Of a stretch of 64,000 nucleotides of DNA, positions 51,251 through 64,000 are shown one piece after another. The notes under the pieces were generated by a model. That model did no database searches. It was not told the DNA's origin and worked only from the letters and a program-made list of their open reading frames with translations. The position numbers and the translations under genes are program-made. Origin of the DNA: Octopus bimaculoides (taxonomy: Eukaryota); contig NC_068983.1 in the NCBI RefSeq assembly GCF_001194135.2, positions 106,315,942-106,379,941 on the forward strand. Reading direction: 5' to 3'. Every line of letters starts with the position of its first letter. Position 1 is the stretch's first letter.

Positions 51251-53631
51251 GTGGAATTTTTACCTGTGAGTGTGTTAAATTATAAGGCACAAAAAGAAAA
51301 TGACTCTCCCCAGACACAACAGAATTAATTCATAGTTATTTTCCCATTATGCTTCAGTTTGACTGGGTAACATTGCAAGCAAGATTCAAGCTGACTTTTA
51401 ATATATTATAGATGACGAGCTCTGTAGAATTTCCATCTCCCAAATTCACTCAAAGAATTGGTCAACCCAGAGCTACAGTAGTATGCACTTGAGCAAAAAT
51501 GTCGCCAGGGGTACTGAATCCAAAATTATGACGTTCAGAAGTAAACTTCTTAACTACCCAGCCAAGCCTGCACATATAAGTGTGTGTGTGTGTGTGTGTG
51601 TGTGTGTATTTGTTAATTAAACACACACACACACACACTATATACTTGATCTTCACTTCAGCATCATCATCATCATCATCATTATTATTATTATTATCAT
51701 CGTTATTTATTATTATTATTGAAGTGTTCTTTGTCTAAGCTCTTTGACAGAACTTAGACAAAGGACACTAAAATAATAATAAAGCTGAAGTGAAGACCAA
51801 GTATTTTAGTGTGTATGCTTAACTGGCAAAAATATGACCAACCCCAAATACAATATCTGTTGCAATACACAATTTCAGTATCAGCAATCTTGCAAAACAA
51901 ATACATAAATGTGTGTGTGTGCTTGTGTGTGTGTATATATATATATCTGGCTCATGTGCGTGCGACACATGAAATCTTTCGAGCGGGATCATTGCCAGTG
52001 CCCCTGGACTGNNNNNNNNNNNNNNNNNNNNNNNNNNNNNNNNNNNNNNNNNNNNNNNNNNNNNNNNNNNNNNNNNNNNNNNNNNNNNNNNNNNNNNNNN
52101 NNNNNNNNNNNCAAATATAAATACATATGTATACATGTACATACATCTGTCTATACACACACAATTATAATGATTGAACTAGTGTCAATTTCATTATATG
52201 GAATTATCTATTCATTGAATTATAGTCAAAGTGAATGAATACTCCATTGATAGGTGTAACAATGACATGATTTTCAGGGGAGGGAGAAAGAGAGAGAAGA
52301 AGAGAGTCAAATACAAGTCTTCGAAACACTGGTCCAGTCCATTTGATAGGACTCCACATTCACAAGGTTTGGGTTAATCAGTGGATCACCCAAAGTACCA
52401 GTCAGTGGGATTGAACATATACTGTGATTACAAACCAAACTTCTATTTTAACTACTTGACCATGCACTGAAAGTTCATATGGCAAACATAATACACACTG
52501 TATTTTCCATTTTTTGTTGCTGTTTCTTTTTCTCTGATAAGGCATTCATGTAATGAACAGTATTATCATCAACATTTGACATCCATTCTCCATGCTGGTA
52601 TGGGTTGGACAGCTTAACAGAAACTGGTTCCATAGTCAGTTTTGGCTTGGTTTCTACAGCTTCATGCCCTGCTTAATGCCAACCACTTTACAGAGTGTAG
52701 AGGGTGCTTTTTGCATGGCACCAGCACCCACACCAATGTTTTATGTGAATCTGAATAATCTAGAACACTGACTGCACTTTTTCAGAAAGTGATCCGCAAA
52801 ATTCATGGAAACTTTATGGACATCCAAATGTATATTTCATTTTTTATCATAGACTTACTTTGGTCAATGAACTGTGGCCATACTGGGGAACCCCTTCAAA
52901 GGATTCAGATTAACAAATCGACCCCAATGCTACTCTTTTTTAAATTTTAAGTCTGGTACTTTTGCTATATGGCTCTTTTGCTGAACCGCTAAGTTATGGG
53001 GATGTACAACAAAGCAACACTGATTGTCAAGCAGTGGAATGAGGACAAACACAAACTTACACACACACACACACACACAATGGGCTTCCACACAGTTTCT
53101 GCCTACCAAATTCAATCACTAAGTATTGACTGGCTCAGTGCAACAGTAGAAAACACTCATCCAAGGTGTTACATGGAATTGAATCTGAAACCATGTGTTG
53201 CAAAATGAGCTTCTTAACGATGGCAGTACCTATTTAATTTTAATTGGTCTGTAACATATTAGGACATAAAACCTGCTGTGGATCACCAAAAGTTTGGTAT
53301 TGACATCTGCTGTATATGTCTAATCAAGAATACATTACAACTACCACCATTATCATCATTTTACATGTGCTTTCTATATGCTGGCATGAGTGAGACAGAT
53401 CCAAACCATGAGATAATATGAGAGATAAAAAGTATATGAATTAGGTATCTATAAATATAGCTATGGATAGGAGAGCTGAAATTCCAGAAACTACATAATA
53501 GAGTAAAATATTTTACCTCAGCACTAAGCCTAATAGTTTATTGGTAGTTTAGTGCTTGTAGCTGGATAAATGGCAATAAACCAGAAAACTAGAGACTAAA
53601 GTTTCTTTGCAGTATAAAGTTGTGGGGGGGG

Positions 53632-53680
<49 letters not shown>

Positions 53681-54865
53681 TAAAATAAATAGTTTTGCAT
53701 CAATTAATATTGGTTTATGCAATATCTATTAGTTCCAGAACATTCTAAGTTATGTTATTAATGTGCTGTTATTAAATAGATTACTTGAAATGTTCAAGGG
53801 AAATATCAAATTACTTCATCAATGGATTGGATATAAACTATCATTATCTCGACCATTACTGAAATAATGTTTTTCTTGTCTACAAAATGTTTTTTCTATT
53901 CCAGCATATAAGTAGGGTGCGAAAAATGATCTAGGAAATGCTGACCTTTTTGCATACTCTGAGGACAAATGTTTTTCACAGATATCCTTTTCTACCGTTA
54001 ACATGGCTCAACTATGAAGTGGAGATTGCACCCTTGTTCAGCTAAGCAGACTGAGATGGAAAACACGTACTTGCTTATGGACATGACACAAACATCGATT
54101 GATCACTTGGCTTTTAATTTTATCTTATAGTCAGGACAGAAGGTAGTACCCAGGGATTGTGGGAAGTGGGGAAGAAGATATCTTCAAACTAGAGAGCTGG
54201 TCTGAAAGTTTGCAACAGAGTGGACTTTGCTAAAGGTACCCAAGGTGCTAAGTCAGTGGTTCTCAACTATTGTCCATAGAAGATTTGTTAAAATTTATCT
54301 GCAATAAATTGGTTATCCTTCCACTATACACAAGATATTTTTTTTATACAATTCCTAATAATATTTAATTATAAAAATATAATAGGAGTTTTTAAACATT
54401 GAATGGCTAAGATGGTCCATTTGAATAAGACAGAAATTAAAAGGGTCCATAAGTAAATGGTTGAGAAACGCAGTGCTAGGTGATGGATTCAGTGTACCAC
54501 CTAAAGCAAATTTGAACTCAGAATGCAAAGAGCCGAAATAGATATTGCAAAATATCCAGTCCAACATTCTTACAATTCTGCCAACCATCCACATTGGATT
54601 TTTTTTTTTATCAATTCTGATAGAATGCTTAACCCTCTAACTGTGAAATTAAATTTCTTAGTTATTCTAGTAATGTTAAATATCTACTAAAAAATAAAAC
54701 TGGTATTTTCTGCGAATCACATTGTCTCAGTAAACTTGACAAGAAATAGTTTCCAATATAACATTCCTCAACAAATGATAATTTGCTATATAAAACCACT
54801 TTCTGCAGTTAAGTGTAATGAAATTTTGAGTGGATATCTCAAAATTCCACAGTATAAGAGTTAAT

Positions 54866-55468
54866 ATACAAGAATAAGGGCAGGGAATCGTCAATTAATA
54901 ATAGAATTACTAATTAACAATTTTGCCAAGTAGTTCAGTATGAAAAAACCTTTATCGGTAAAACCATTTATCATCATAAATATACAGGGATTAGCATTGA
55001 GTTGCTTCTCCAACATACTGAAAATTTAGAAATAGCAGTCAAAGAACTACTGATTCTAAACTACAAATTTTTCTCTAAATGGATGGCGATATTTATGGCA
55101 CACATAGAACAAAAAACCGGAGGGGAAAGCATAAACAAAACAAGTCTTTAGTTAATCGGATACGATCGTTTCATGGTTAAGAGAATGAAAAATCCCTATT
55201 CCAATCCTCAGTCCGATATTCTGATAAATTTGAAAGTGAGGATTGGAATAGGGACTTTTCATTCTCTTAACCATGAAACAATCGTATCCGATTAACTAAA
55301 GACTTGTTTTGTTTATGCTTTCCCCTCCGGTTTTTGTTCTATGTGTGCCATAAATATCGCCATCCATTTAGAGAAAAATTTGTAGTTCTTTGACTGCTAT
55401 TTCTAAATTTTCAGTATGTTGGAGAAGCAACTCAATGCTAATCCCTGTATATTTATGATGATAAAAGG
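54866..55468 (-). mobile_element. Fold-back element with hammerhead; probable non-autonomous Penelope-like element
   Basis: Inverted arms 54967-55210 and 55237-55465 with a 26-nt spacer. The 14-bp direct repeat GTATAAGAGTTAAT at 54852-54865 and 56094-56107 flanks the duplicated pair. Confidence 0.6.
55155..55217 (-). ncRNA. Type I hammerhead ribozyme motif (6-bp stem I, palindromic stem III)
   Basis: ATCGGA-CTGAGGA-T-TGG..(extended stem II)..CCA-T-GAAA-CGATCG-T-A-TCCGAT. The stem II closing pair is U-U, which is non-canonical. Confidence 0.7.
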
Positions 55469-55486
55469 GNNNNNNNNNNNNNNNNN

Positions 55487-56094
55487 TAATATACAAGAAT
55501 AAGGGCAGGGAATCGTCAATTAATAATAGAATTACTAATTAACAATTTTGCCAAGTAGTTCAGTATGAAAAAACCTTTATCGGTAAAACCATTTATCATC
55601 ATAAATATACAGGGATTAGCATTGAGTTGCTTCTCCAACATACTGAAAATTTAGAAATAGCAGTCAAAGAACTACTGATTCTAAACTACAAATTTTTCTC
55701 TAAATGGATGGCGATATTTATGGCACACATAGAACAAAAAACCGGAGGGGAAAGCATAAACAAAACAAGTCTTTAGTTAATCGGATACGATCGTTTCATG
55801 GTTAAGAGAATGAAAAATCCCTATTCCAATCCTCAGTCCGATATTCTGATAAATTTGAAAGTGAGGATTGGAATAGGGACTTTTCATTCTCTTAACCATG
55901 AAACAATCGTATCCGATTAACTAAAGACTTGTTTTGTTTATGCTTTCCCCTCCGGTTTTTGTTCTATGTGTGCCATAAATATCGCCATCCATTTAGAGAA
56001 AAATTTGTAGTTCTTTGACTGCTATTTCTAAATTTTCAGTATGTTGGAGAAGCAACTCAATGCTAATCCCTGTATATTTATGATGATAAAAGGG
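55487..56094. repeat. Tandem copy of 54862-55469
   Basis: Appears identical by eye, including arm asymmetries; offset 625 nt; separated by 17 N. Confidence 0.9.
55780..55842 (-). ncRNA. Hammerhead motif, duplicate of 55155-55217
   Basis: Same sequence offset by 625 nt in the tandemly duplicated unit; may be an assembly duplicate. Confidence 0.55.
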
Positions 56095-57550
56095 TATAAG
56101 AGTTAATGTAGAAAGAGAATTTATTCTCAAACTCCTGGCTGTTTTTAGAATAGAGACTATATGCTTTTGAAATTTCAACTTTCAGAACAACAGAACTCAC
56201 AAGTGATGATCAAAATATTCTTTTATGAGTTATCTCAACACAACAGATTTCCACAAACAGAAGTGATTGGGGCAATTGAAATATATAGAGCTGTAGCAAA
56301 GTTTGAACTCATAAACCAGAACTTCAGCACCATAATATCACAAGCAATATAAATTTGATTGTGCTTTTCAAATTTCATATCAATCATATTGAGAAACAAA
56401 TAAACAAATAGAAATAATATTTAACAACAAAAAAATACACCCTCCCCAAAAATAAACAAGCGAAACAAAATGGCAAACTAATAAATATATTTTCTGAACA
56501 AAGCACATGATTAGTAACTATGTTAATCAAATATTCAATATTATTTATTGCTTTATCTAGAATGCTGTAACTACTGGTTTATCATGAGGAAATATTCCTA
56601 ATGAAGTTACTGATATATGATTAAACGTACTGAGGAATACTTAAAAAGAATGGTAAAGTAGAACTAGCAATAGTACCCTTTAGATGGGAAGAGAAAGCAG
56701 TTTTTTTTTTTGTACAAAAATGTAATGATATCAAATTAAATGATTATGATGAAGAGAAAGAGTGGCCACTTCAGAACATCAAATGAAAGCAAAGTTAGTA
56801 CATTTTTGATGGTTGAGAAGAACTGTTCTAATAAATATCCTCAAGAGAAAATTAATTGTAATCAACCAATAAATTAGCCCCAGTGCTTGACTGGTACTTT
56901 ATTTTATTGACACTGGAAGGAGAAAAGGCAAAGCTGAGTTTCATGGTATTTGAACTCAATGTAAAGTGTTGGAATAAATGCAAGGTATTTTGTCCAACAT
57001 GTAGATGGTTATGTTAACCAACTGTCCTTGATAACTTGATATGTATTTTAGGCACAAGGCCTAAAATTTGGCGGAAGGGGTTAACTGATAAAAATCAAGC
57101 TCAGTACACAACTTGAGTCAATTTATTTTATTAACCCTAATGGGGAAAAAAAGCCAAGTTGGCCTTGATGGGAATTGAAGTCTGAATGTAAAGTACCAGA
57201 ACAAATACTGCAAGATATTTTGTTTGATGCTCTAACAATTCTGCCAAATTCACCATTCTAATAATTACTACATATGTACACAATTTTATAGAATGGAATA
57301 ACTGATTGAATCAGTAGCAGTGTTACCATTGTTTTAACATTCACTTTTCCATGCTCACATGAGTTGGATGGAATTTGTAGAGGTAGTAGTTCTACAGCCA
57401 GATGGTATTTAATCAATGGTAGAGGAATATGAACCCAGAAATAAAGTCTGATACTTCACCATTTCTGTCCATTCACTTTCCTTCTTTTTACTAAAATGGG
57501 CAAGAGTCCCAAAGCTACAAATGTGATTTTATATACTAATACAATAACAA

Positions 57551-57860
57551 GCGTGGAGGCGCAATGGCCCAGTGGTTAAGGCAGCGGACTCGCGATCATA
57601 GGATCGCGGTTTTGATTCCCAGACCGGGCGTTGTGAGTGTTTATTGATCGAAAACACCTAAAGCTCCACGAGGCTCCGGCAGGGGATGGTGGCGAACCCT
57701 GCTGTACTCTTTCACAACTTTCTCTCACTCTTACTTCCTGTTTCTGTTGTGCCTGTAATTCAAAGGGTCAGCCTTGTCACACTGTGTCACGCTGAATATC
57801 CCCGAGAACTACGTTAAGGGTACACGTGTCTGTGGAGTGCTCAGCCACTTGCACGTTAAT
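57551..57860 (+). mobile_element. Young tRNA-derived SINE
   Basis: A-box TGGCCCAGTGG, B-box-like GGTTTTGATTCC, many retained CpGs. Decayed relatives at about 1960-2090, 27945-28060, 46310-46440 (+) and 25490-25630, 31200-31330, 45900-46235 (-), some with a CORE-like AAGTGNCTTGCTCAAG block. Confidence 0.8.
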
Positions 57861-58503
57861 TGGTAGAGATTTATTTTTTCTATTTGTTAATCTGTAGAGG
57901 TGAGGTATTGTTCATAGTCATTTCTAGCCTTCCAATCCCAAGAAGACACCGATTTTAACTTGGGATGTCTGTGAAAAAGAAATTTTCAACAAAACCCCCA
58001 TTTTTTCAATTAAAGATAACTCCTCTATAAACAACTATCACTACCCTTGAAACTGTTCAAATAAAACCTCTTGATTATCTACTTAATTGAGATAATTCCA
58101 TTAAGTTATACTTGTCTATCTGTCTGATACATACACTGATTTCTGTTGTACCCAATTACCCTTTGAAAAATAATCCCTACTACAGTAATCTGCCAAAATT
58201 ATTAAACCCCAAACAAACAATACTTATTTATCTTCAGTTCTCAATCTCAAAGTTTGTTTATTTACTGATGACTGTTACGGCTAGATCAGCTTTTTTGTTA
58301 TATTGTAATATTCTTGGACAAAAAAGCACTTTAAAATATCATACATCAGTATGTTTAAACACTAAATAGATTGAAATTAAATTTGTTTCCTCCATTTTTG
58401 CAAATAAATACATTACTTTACAAGCTTCATAAATACTTTTTAAATTAAAAGAGAAATCATAAAGAGAAAACAAAAATAAAACAAACAAAAATCATTTACT
58501 TAC

Positions 58504-58805
58504 TCGTCTTGGTATCGGTACTCGTAAGCCAAAAGTAAGAAGATTGCGAGAATAAATAGGATCAGAAAACTTGTCCAATGCAAAACTGACTTCACATATT
58601 TATGGTTGAAACAGTGAAGTTGTTCTGAGATTTTCCGTGATCGAAGTGCATTTTCTGCAAACTGTACTTCATTTAGCAGTTCCTCATAGAATGTTAACAG
58701 AGCATGTTTTGTGGTGATCCCAACTTGTCCCTCTTGAGGCTTTTCACCACATTTAGAATGGTTGGAGCCCTCCTCTTTTGGAGAAACAGGGTCATGACTT
58801 GGCAT
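58504..58805 (-). CDS. TMEM94: TMEM94 coding exon 1 (MPSHDP...GITTKHAL...LHWTSFLILFILAIFLLL...YQD)
   Basis: Acceptor TGTAG|A at 58812, ATG at 58805, donor GA|GTAAGT (phase 2) matching the next exon. Resembles recalled N-terminal GLSTRKAL and HW+TM segment. Start codon choice is inferred. Confidence 0.75.
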
Positions 58806-59269
58806 GGCACATCTACAAGTAAAATAAAATGATATACAGAATAACAAGTACATTATAATTTTTTTCTTTTTTTTTTGGAACAGGAGATCTCAAAGCACAT
58901 AGAGCTTTGAATAGAAAAAAAAAGTTTCCCATAGGTAACCTTCAATTTTTCCCATCCAAAGGGTTTTTTTATTTAATGTTTTTCTGAAACTTATAAATTC
59001 TTATGATGTCAACAACATTAGAGATTAGAAATACTCAAACAAACAGAAACATTTTATTCATTTTTAAGTTGCTTTTAAAATCATTTTCATAAAATATCTC
59101 GTCTCTTTCAAATATATTCACAAAACCTGACATCTGAAATACTGGACATAAACCAACGATTTAAAGTGGAAGAACAAATGGAAAATAAGTGTGTTAATGT
59201 ATATTTAAACAAAGGATAGTATTTAAAAATAACAGCCTTATTTTAAAAATAGGGAAAACAGAAGAACAA

Positions 59270-59450
59270 AGTAAAGCAACTGGAGGGAAATTGGATAGGA
59301 CATGTGCTCACCAAGAGGTGGAGCTGCTTAGGGAAAGAATGAAATGAAAGTAGTCTGTAGGCAAGGAGCATGGAGGTTAACTTGAAACGACCAAAAAGTA
59401 GAGGTGAGCAAGGCTAGAGACAGGGAAATATAATACACATAAACAGTTAC
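59270..59450 (+). mobile_element. Possible LINE (RTE-like) 3' remnant
   Basis: Weak: NWIGHVL..RPK peptide remnant with stops. Confidence 0.3.
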
Positions 59451-59790
59451 TCTCAATCGATTGAAATATAAATGTACTAATACAAGATGTCTAGTTATAG
59501 AAGACAGGAGTGGGTAAATAGATAGGAATGATGTGTGAGGTATGTTAAATATCCTTCAGGCAATCAGCCAATTCGACCAAACATGCCAAAAAATAAATAC
59601 ACATAAAATAGTATTTATATTGGTTTGATTTACTCAAATAAAGAAGTCGAATAATCCAATGTTCATTTATAACAATATAATATACATACATATTTCATTT
59701 ATACTAAATATGAAGGCAACAAGAATATTTATAAAGAGGTTATATGAAAGGCTATAATAAATAAAAATGTCTAGAAAAACATATTTAGTG

Positions 59791-59856
<66 letters not shown>

Positions 59857-60519
59857 AAACATGAAAAAAAAAAAACACCAGTATAGAAATAATTTTTTAA
59901 ATGATTTATTGAAGATATGGTAGAGATGAAGATAAGTCTGTATTGCACCTGCTAGAAACTGACATAACTCAATAGACAGTTTATTGGAATTATTGAAGAT
60001 ACTAGCATTTAAATGGAACAGGTGTATTTGTGATTAGTATACAAACAGATTATACATACATAGGTATGCATNNNNNNNNNNNNNNNNNNNNNNNNNNNNN
60101 NNNNNNNNNNNNNNNNNNNNNNNNNNNNNNNNNNNNNNNNNNNNNNNNNNNNNNNNNNNNNNNNNNNNNNNNNNNNNNNNNNNNNNNNNNNNNNNNNNNN
60201 NNNNNNNNNNNNNNNNNNNNNNNNNNNNNNNNNNNNNNNNNNNNNNNNNNNNNNNNNNNNNNNNNNNNNNNNNNNNNNNNNNNNNNNNNNNNNNNNNNNN
60301 NNNNNNNNNNNNNNNNNNNNNNNNNNNNNNNNNNNNNNNNNNNNNNNNNNNNNNNNNNNNNNNNNNNNNNNNNNNNNNNNNNNNNNNNNNNNNNNNNNNN
60401 NNNNNNNNNNNNNNNNNNNNNNNNNNNNNNNNNNNNNNNNNNNNNNNNNNNNNNNNNNNNNNNNNNNNNNNNNNNNNNNNNNNNNNNNNNNNNNNNNNNN
60501 NNNNNNNNNNNNNNNNNNN

Positions 60520-60567
<48 letters not shown>

Positions 60568-60635
60568 AAGGGAGAGAGAGAAAGAGAGAGAAAGGGAGAG
60601 AGAGAAAGAGAGAGAAAGAGAGAAAAGGGAAGGAA
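60520..60635. repeat. (GA)n-rich microsatellite
   Basis: Direct inspection. Other microsatellites: (TA)n at 525-612, 18325-18360, 39507-39546, 61730-61765; (GA)n at 53635-53675; (CA/TG)-rich at 27520-27710 and 50295-50500; (GATA)n at about 50898-50925. Confidence 0.95.
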
Positions 60636-61729
60636 GAAGCAATAATAAATAGTTTAAAGTATTGTTGTTTAGTTTCAAATGTAATAGAACAATCTAAATG
60701 CCAAACAGCACAGTTGCAGTATCATCATCATTTAACGTCTGTTGTCCATGCTGGGTTGGGTTGGATGACTTGACCAAGGCTAGCAAGCTGGAAGGCTGTA
60801 CCAGACTCCAGTCTGTTTGGGCTGAATACCCTTCCTAATGCCAACCACTCAGAGTGTAATGGGTGCTTTTATGTGCCACTGGCATGGGTGCCATTTGTGC
60901 GACACCAGTATCTGCCATGACTACATTTTTACTTGGCTTGATGGGTCTTCTCAAGCATAACATAATGCCAAAAGTCTTGGTCATTGCCTCTGTGAGACCC
61001 AACATTCGAAAGGAGCTCCACCAATTTGCCTCCATGAGGTTCAATGCTTGAAAAGTGCTTTCTATGTGCCACCTGCACAGATTCTGGTTACATGACACTA
61101 GCATCAGCCATGACTGTGATTTCACTTGGCTTCATGGGTTTTCTCAAGTACAGCATATCGCCAAAGGTCTTGGATACTAGTTATTACGTCTGTGTGGCTC
61201 AAAGTTCGGAGATCATGCTTCACCACTTCATCCTATGTCTTCTGGGGTCTACCTCTACCATAGGTTCCCTCCACAGTTAGGGATCTTTACCAGGGCTGTG
61301 GGGTTGAAGTCACGGAGTCAGAGTTGGTAAAACTATACCAACTTTGACTCACAATATCTTTACTCTTTAATATAAACCAGTTATAACATATATGCTTACT
61401 CAAAGTACAAGCATAAGCATATGCTTTATGAGATATGTAGACCACAATCAATTACATAAAGAGGAGTTGTAGATACCAATAGTAGAGGAGTTGGAGTTTA
61501 AATCTTTTGTTTTGATTCCACAGCCCTGTTCTTTACACAGTTGTCCTCATCCATATGCACCACATGGCCATACCAACACATTTATCTCTCTTGCACACCA
61601 CATCTGATGCCTTTTATGCCTAACTTTTCTCTCAAGAATGTTGAACATACACACTGACATTGCACATCTCGTGTGCATGTTTTTGACATGCACATTGGAT
61701 GTGCAATGTCAGTATGCATGCTTGACAGA

Positions 61730-61775
<46 letters not shown>

Positions 61776-64000
61776 CATAACTAGCCAAGAGAGTTTCAAC
61801 ATAACAGCAGTGAAAAAATGAAATATCAAATATAAAAAAAAAAAGAAATCAAACTATGTTACAAATTTCACTTTAACTAGTTAGGTAACGAAAGTGGTGT
61901 CGCTGGAATATAGTGGGTATGTGAGCAAACATGCTCACATATCCACAAACATTCATTAATAAAAAAATAAATATAAATTACCATTTTGTAATGAATCAAA
62001 TTACTCAAGCAAACACCCAATAGAGCTTCGTATATCATTTATTTAAGACAGGTTTATTGGAAATATCATGGGTATTAAGATATGTCAAAATAAGCCATAT
62101 CAATAAATTTTAGGTGCAAAGAAAATAAATGAGGAAATATTTGCAAATATTTTGAATTCCTATGGAAAGTATCTTATACTCATTTTACCCATTCATTTAT
62201 TCACCACAGCAAGTTTGTAACTGCTTTTCAGTGCCTGATATGGGTTGGATGTGACTGCAATATGCTTTTGTTCCATGACTATCAATTTAGTACAGTGTAT
62301 TTTATAAGGCTTTTAGCTTAGGATTTTATGACCAGTTAACTTCAATATTGGTTTCAAATCGTGATACAAGGCCACAAGTTCAGGAAAGGAGGAAAGTTGG
62401 TTACATTGACCCCAGTGCTCAACTAGACTTATTTTATTGACCCCAAAAGGATGAAAGCCAAAGCAGACCTTGAACTTAGAATGTAAAGATGGACAAAATG
62501 TTGCTAAGTGTTTTGCCCTGTGTGTCAATATTGATTTCTACCAAAAGCACAAGACTTCAAACATAGGCCTGGCTGTGTGGTTCTAAGTTTGCTTCTCAAC
62601 CACATGGTTTTGGGTTCAGTCCTACTGCATCATGGCATCTAGGGCAAGCGTCATTTACGATAGCCTCAAACTGACCAAAGCCTTGTAAAAAGAGTTGGTT
62701 GACAGAAACTGAAAGAAGCCCATCATACACACAGGTTTGCATCTCCTTATCTTGGAACCACGTAATAGTTATAAATGGGCATCACTATATAAACAGTGAT
62801 GCTGGTTTCCAATCTTCTGTGAAAACATGTCAGGCCTTTGGGAAGTATCTTGCTTGGAAACAGAGATGAGAGTTGGTGACAGGAAGGGCATGCAGTCATA
62901 GAAAATATACCTCAACAAATACTGTTTGATCCAGGCAAGTATGGAGATGCAAACATTAAAACGATGATGATGATGATTAGATGATGATTATTATATACAT
63001 GCAAACCAATATCAAAGAAAATATCATGCCAGAAACATACAAAAATAAACTCGAGTGCTAGACTCAAACTATTACCCACTTTAAATGCCACCACTTGGTC
63101 ATTGAGTTGCTTTAGCAGGGCGCACTCTATTGTTTTTTGACCAAGTCATTCATACAATGTTTCTAGAATACTATTGTGGGAACTTTTTTTTTCTCTCCAC
63201 TATGCAGAAGTTCACGGACACCGTTCTTTTCCCTGTGACTAAGCCATATGAAAAATTTAATAATAAAAATAGAAATATCCTCAAATGTACAGTATTTAGC
63301 CCCAAGTCAAAACTGAACAAGCAAACTTATGATCAAAAGCATTCAAACTGTGAGCATCCCATCCCTTTTTTCAGACAAAATGTATTTAGAATTAAACTAT
63401 CTGCTCTAGCATGTCCAGCAACTGAATAGCAACACCCTCATTAGTTTGTTCAAATTATACAAATTACAACCATAATTTACTGTCATAAAATATTTCTTCT
63501 TTTGATTAAATTTTACTCAACATTTACACAATACATCAACTATAAGCCTAATGAAAGGCATTAAGAAGAATCGATCTTCAACCCTATCACATTTGAATGT
63601 TAAACTAATAGGTGTTGAAGGAAATAAACAATAGATGATAATGTCCATCTGCTATAAGAAGTGAATTCTCTGGTGGGAATACTCATGAAACTGTGCAATA
63701 AAAGTTAATGTTTAATCAATTTTGTAATAACTTGCACCATAGTAGTGACCTAGTTTGTTTCTGCATAAGTTTGAGAGGTCTTAATAACAGGTTTTTTTGG
63801 GGGTTTTTTTTTCTTCTTTTGCTTCTAGCCTCAAATAAATTAGTAAAGCAGTTTAATAAATAACTGAGATACAAACTTATAACTTCTATTCTTCTTAGTC
63901 ACTTGCTCAATTAGAAACAGCAGCCAATTCTTCCTCAAATCACACCTAACGGAGAAAATGTCCTTAATGTGCAAAAAGATGGGTTAGTCATAGCTGGAAT

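Larger units (their letters stand above)
4472..58812 (-). other. TMEM94: TMEM94 gene span (3'-incomplete; 5'UTR exon not identified)
   Basis: 19 exons with AG acceptors and GT/GC donors and consistent phases. Joined peptides match recalled TMEM94 blocks: YRDGxLVxLP, CCVDKxGILSWPNPS, GTADxxLxxCTDFW, QIFMGMVxxQYQAR, KMGLExGWNCHISL, DNVPLLVxLFTDCTPE. Confidence 0.95.

Noticed and set aside
58813-64000. TMEM94 promoter or first non-coding exon
   Set aside because: No CpG-rich or otherwise supportable promoter signal; the region looks like repeat-rich intron.

Overview
AT-rich, gapped eukaryotic scaffold. The repeat families and gene structure suggest an octopus or other coleoid cephalopod; this is inference. 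One protein-coding gene spans most of the window on the minus strand: TMEM94 (KIAA0195/ERMA, a P-type-ATPase-like ER membrane protein). I reconstructed 19 coding exons by hand from 58805 down to 4472. Splice phases are consistent, the total is about 1035 codons, and two introns are GC-AG. One expected small exon was not found, and the 3' exons lie in gaps or beyond base 1. The introns hold tRNA-derived SINEs, decayed mariner transposons, a piggyBac element, TTAA MITEs, a MITE with central telomeric repeats, and microsatellites. The main unexplained signal is a set of intronic fold-back elements from unrelated sequence families that carry minimal type I hammerhead ribozyme motifs of the Penelope-like/retrozyme kind. 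These include an intact mirror pair in a 307-bp near-perfect palindrome (21619-21925) and a near-intact motif in a fold-back with a truncated inverted copy and 14-bp flanking repeats (about 54866-55468, duplicated). Decayed motifs also sit downstream of back-to-back tRNA-like heads (31440-31955, 41342-41803). Similarities to human TMEM94 are from recalled sequence, not from a search.
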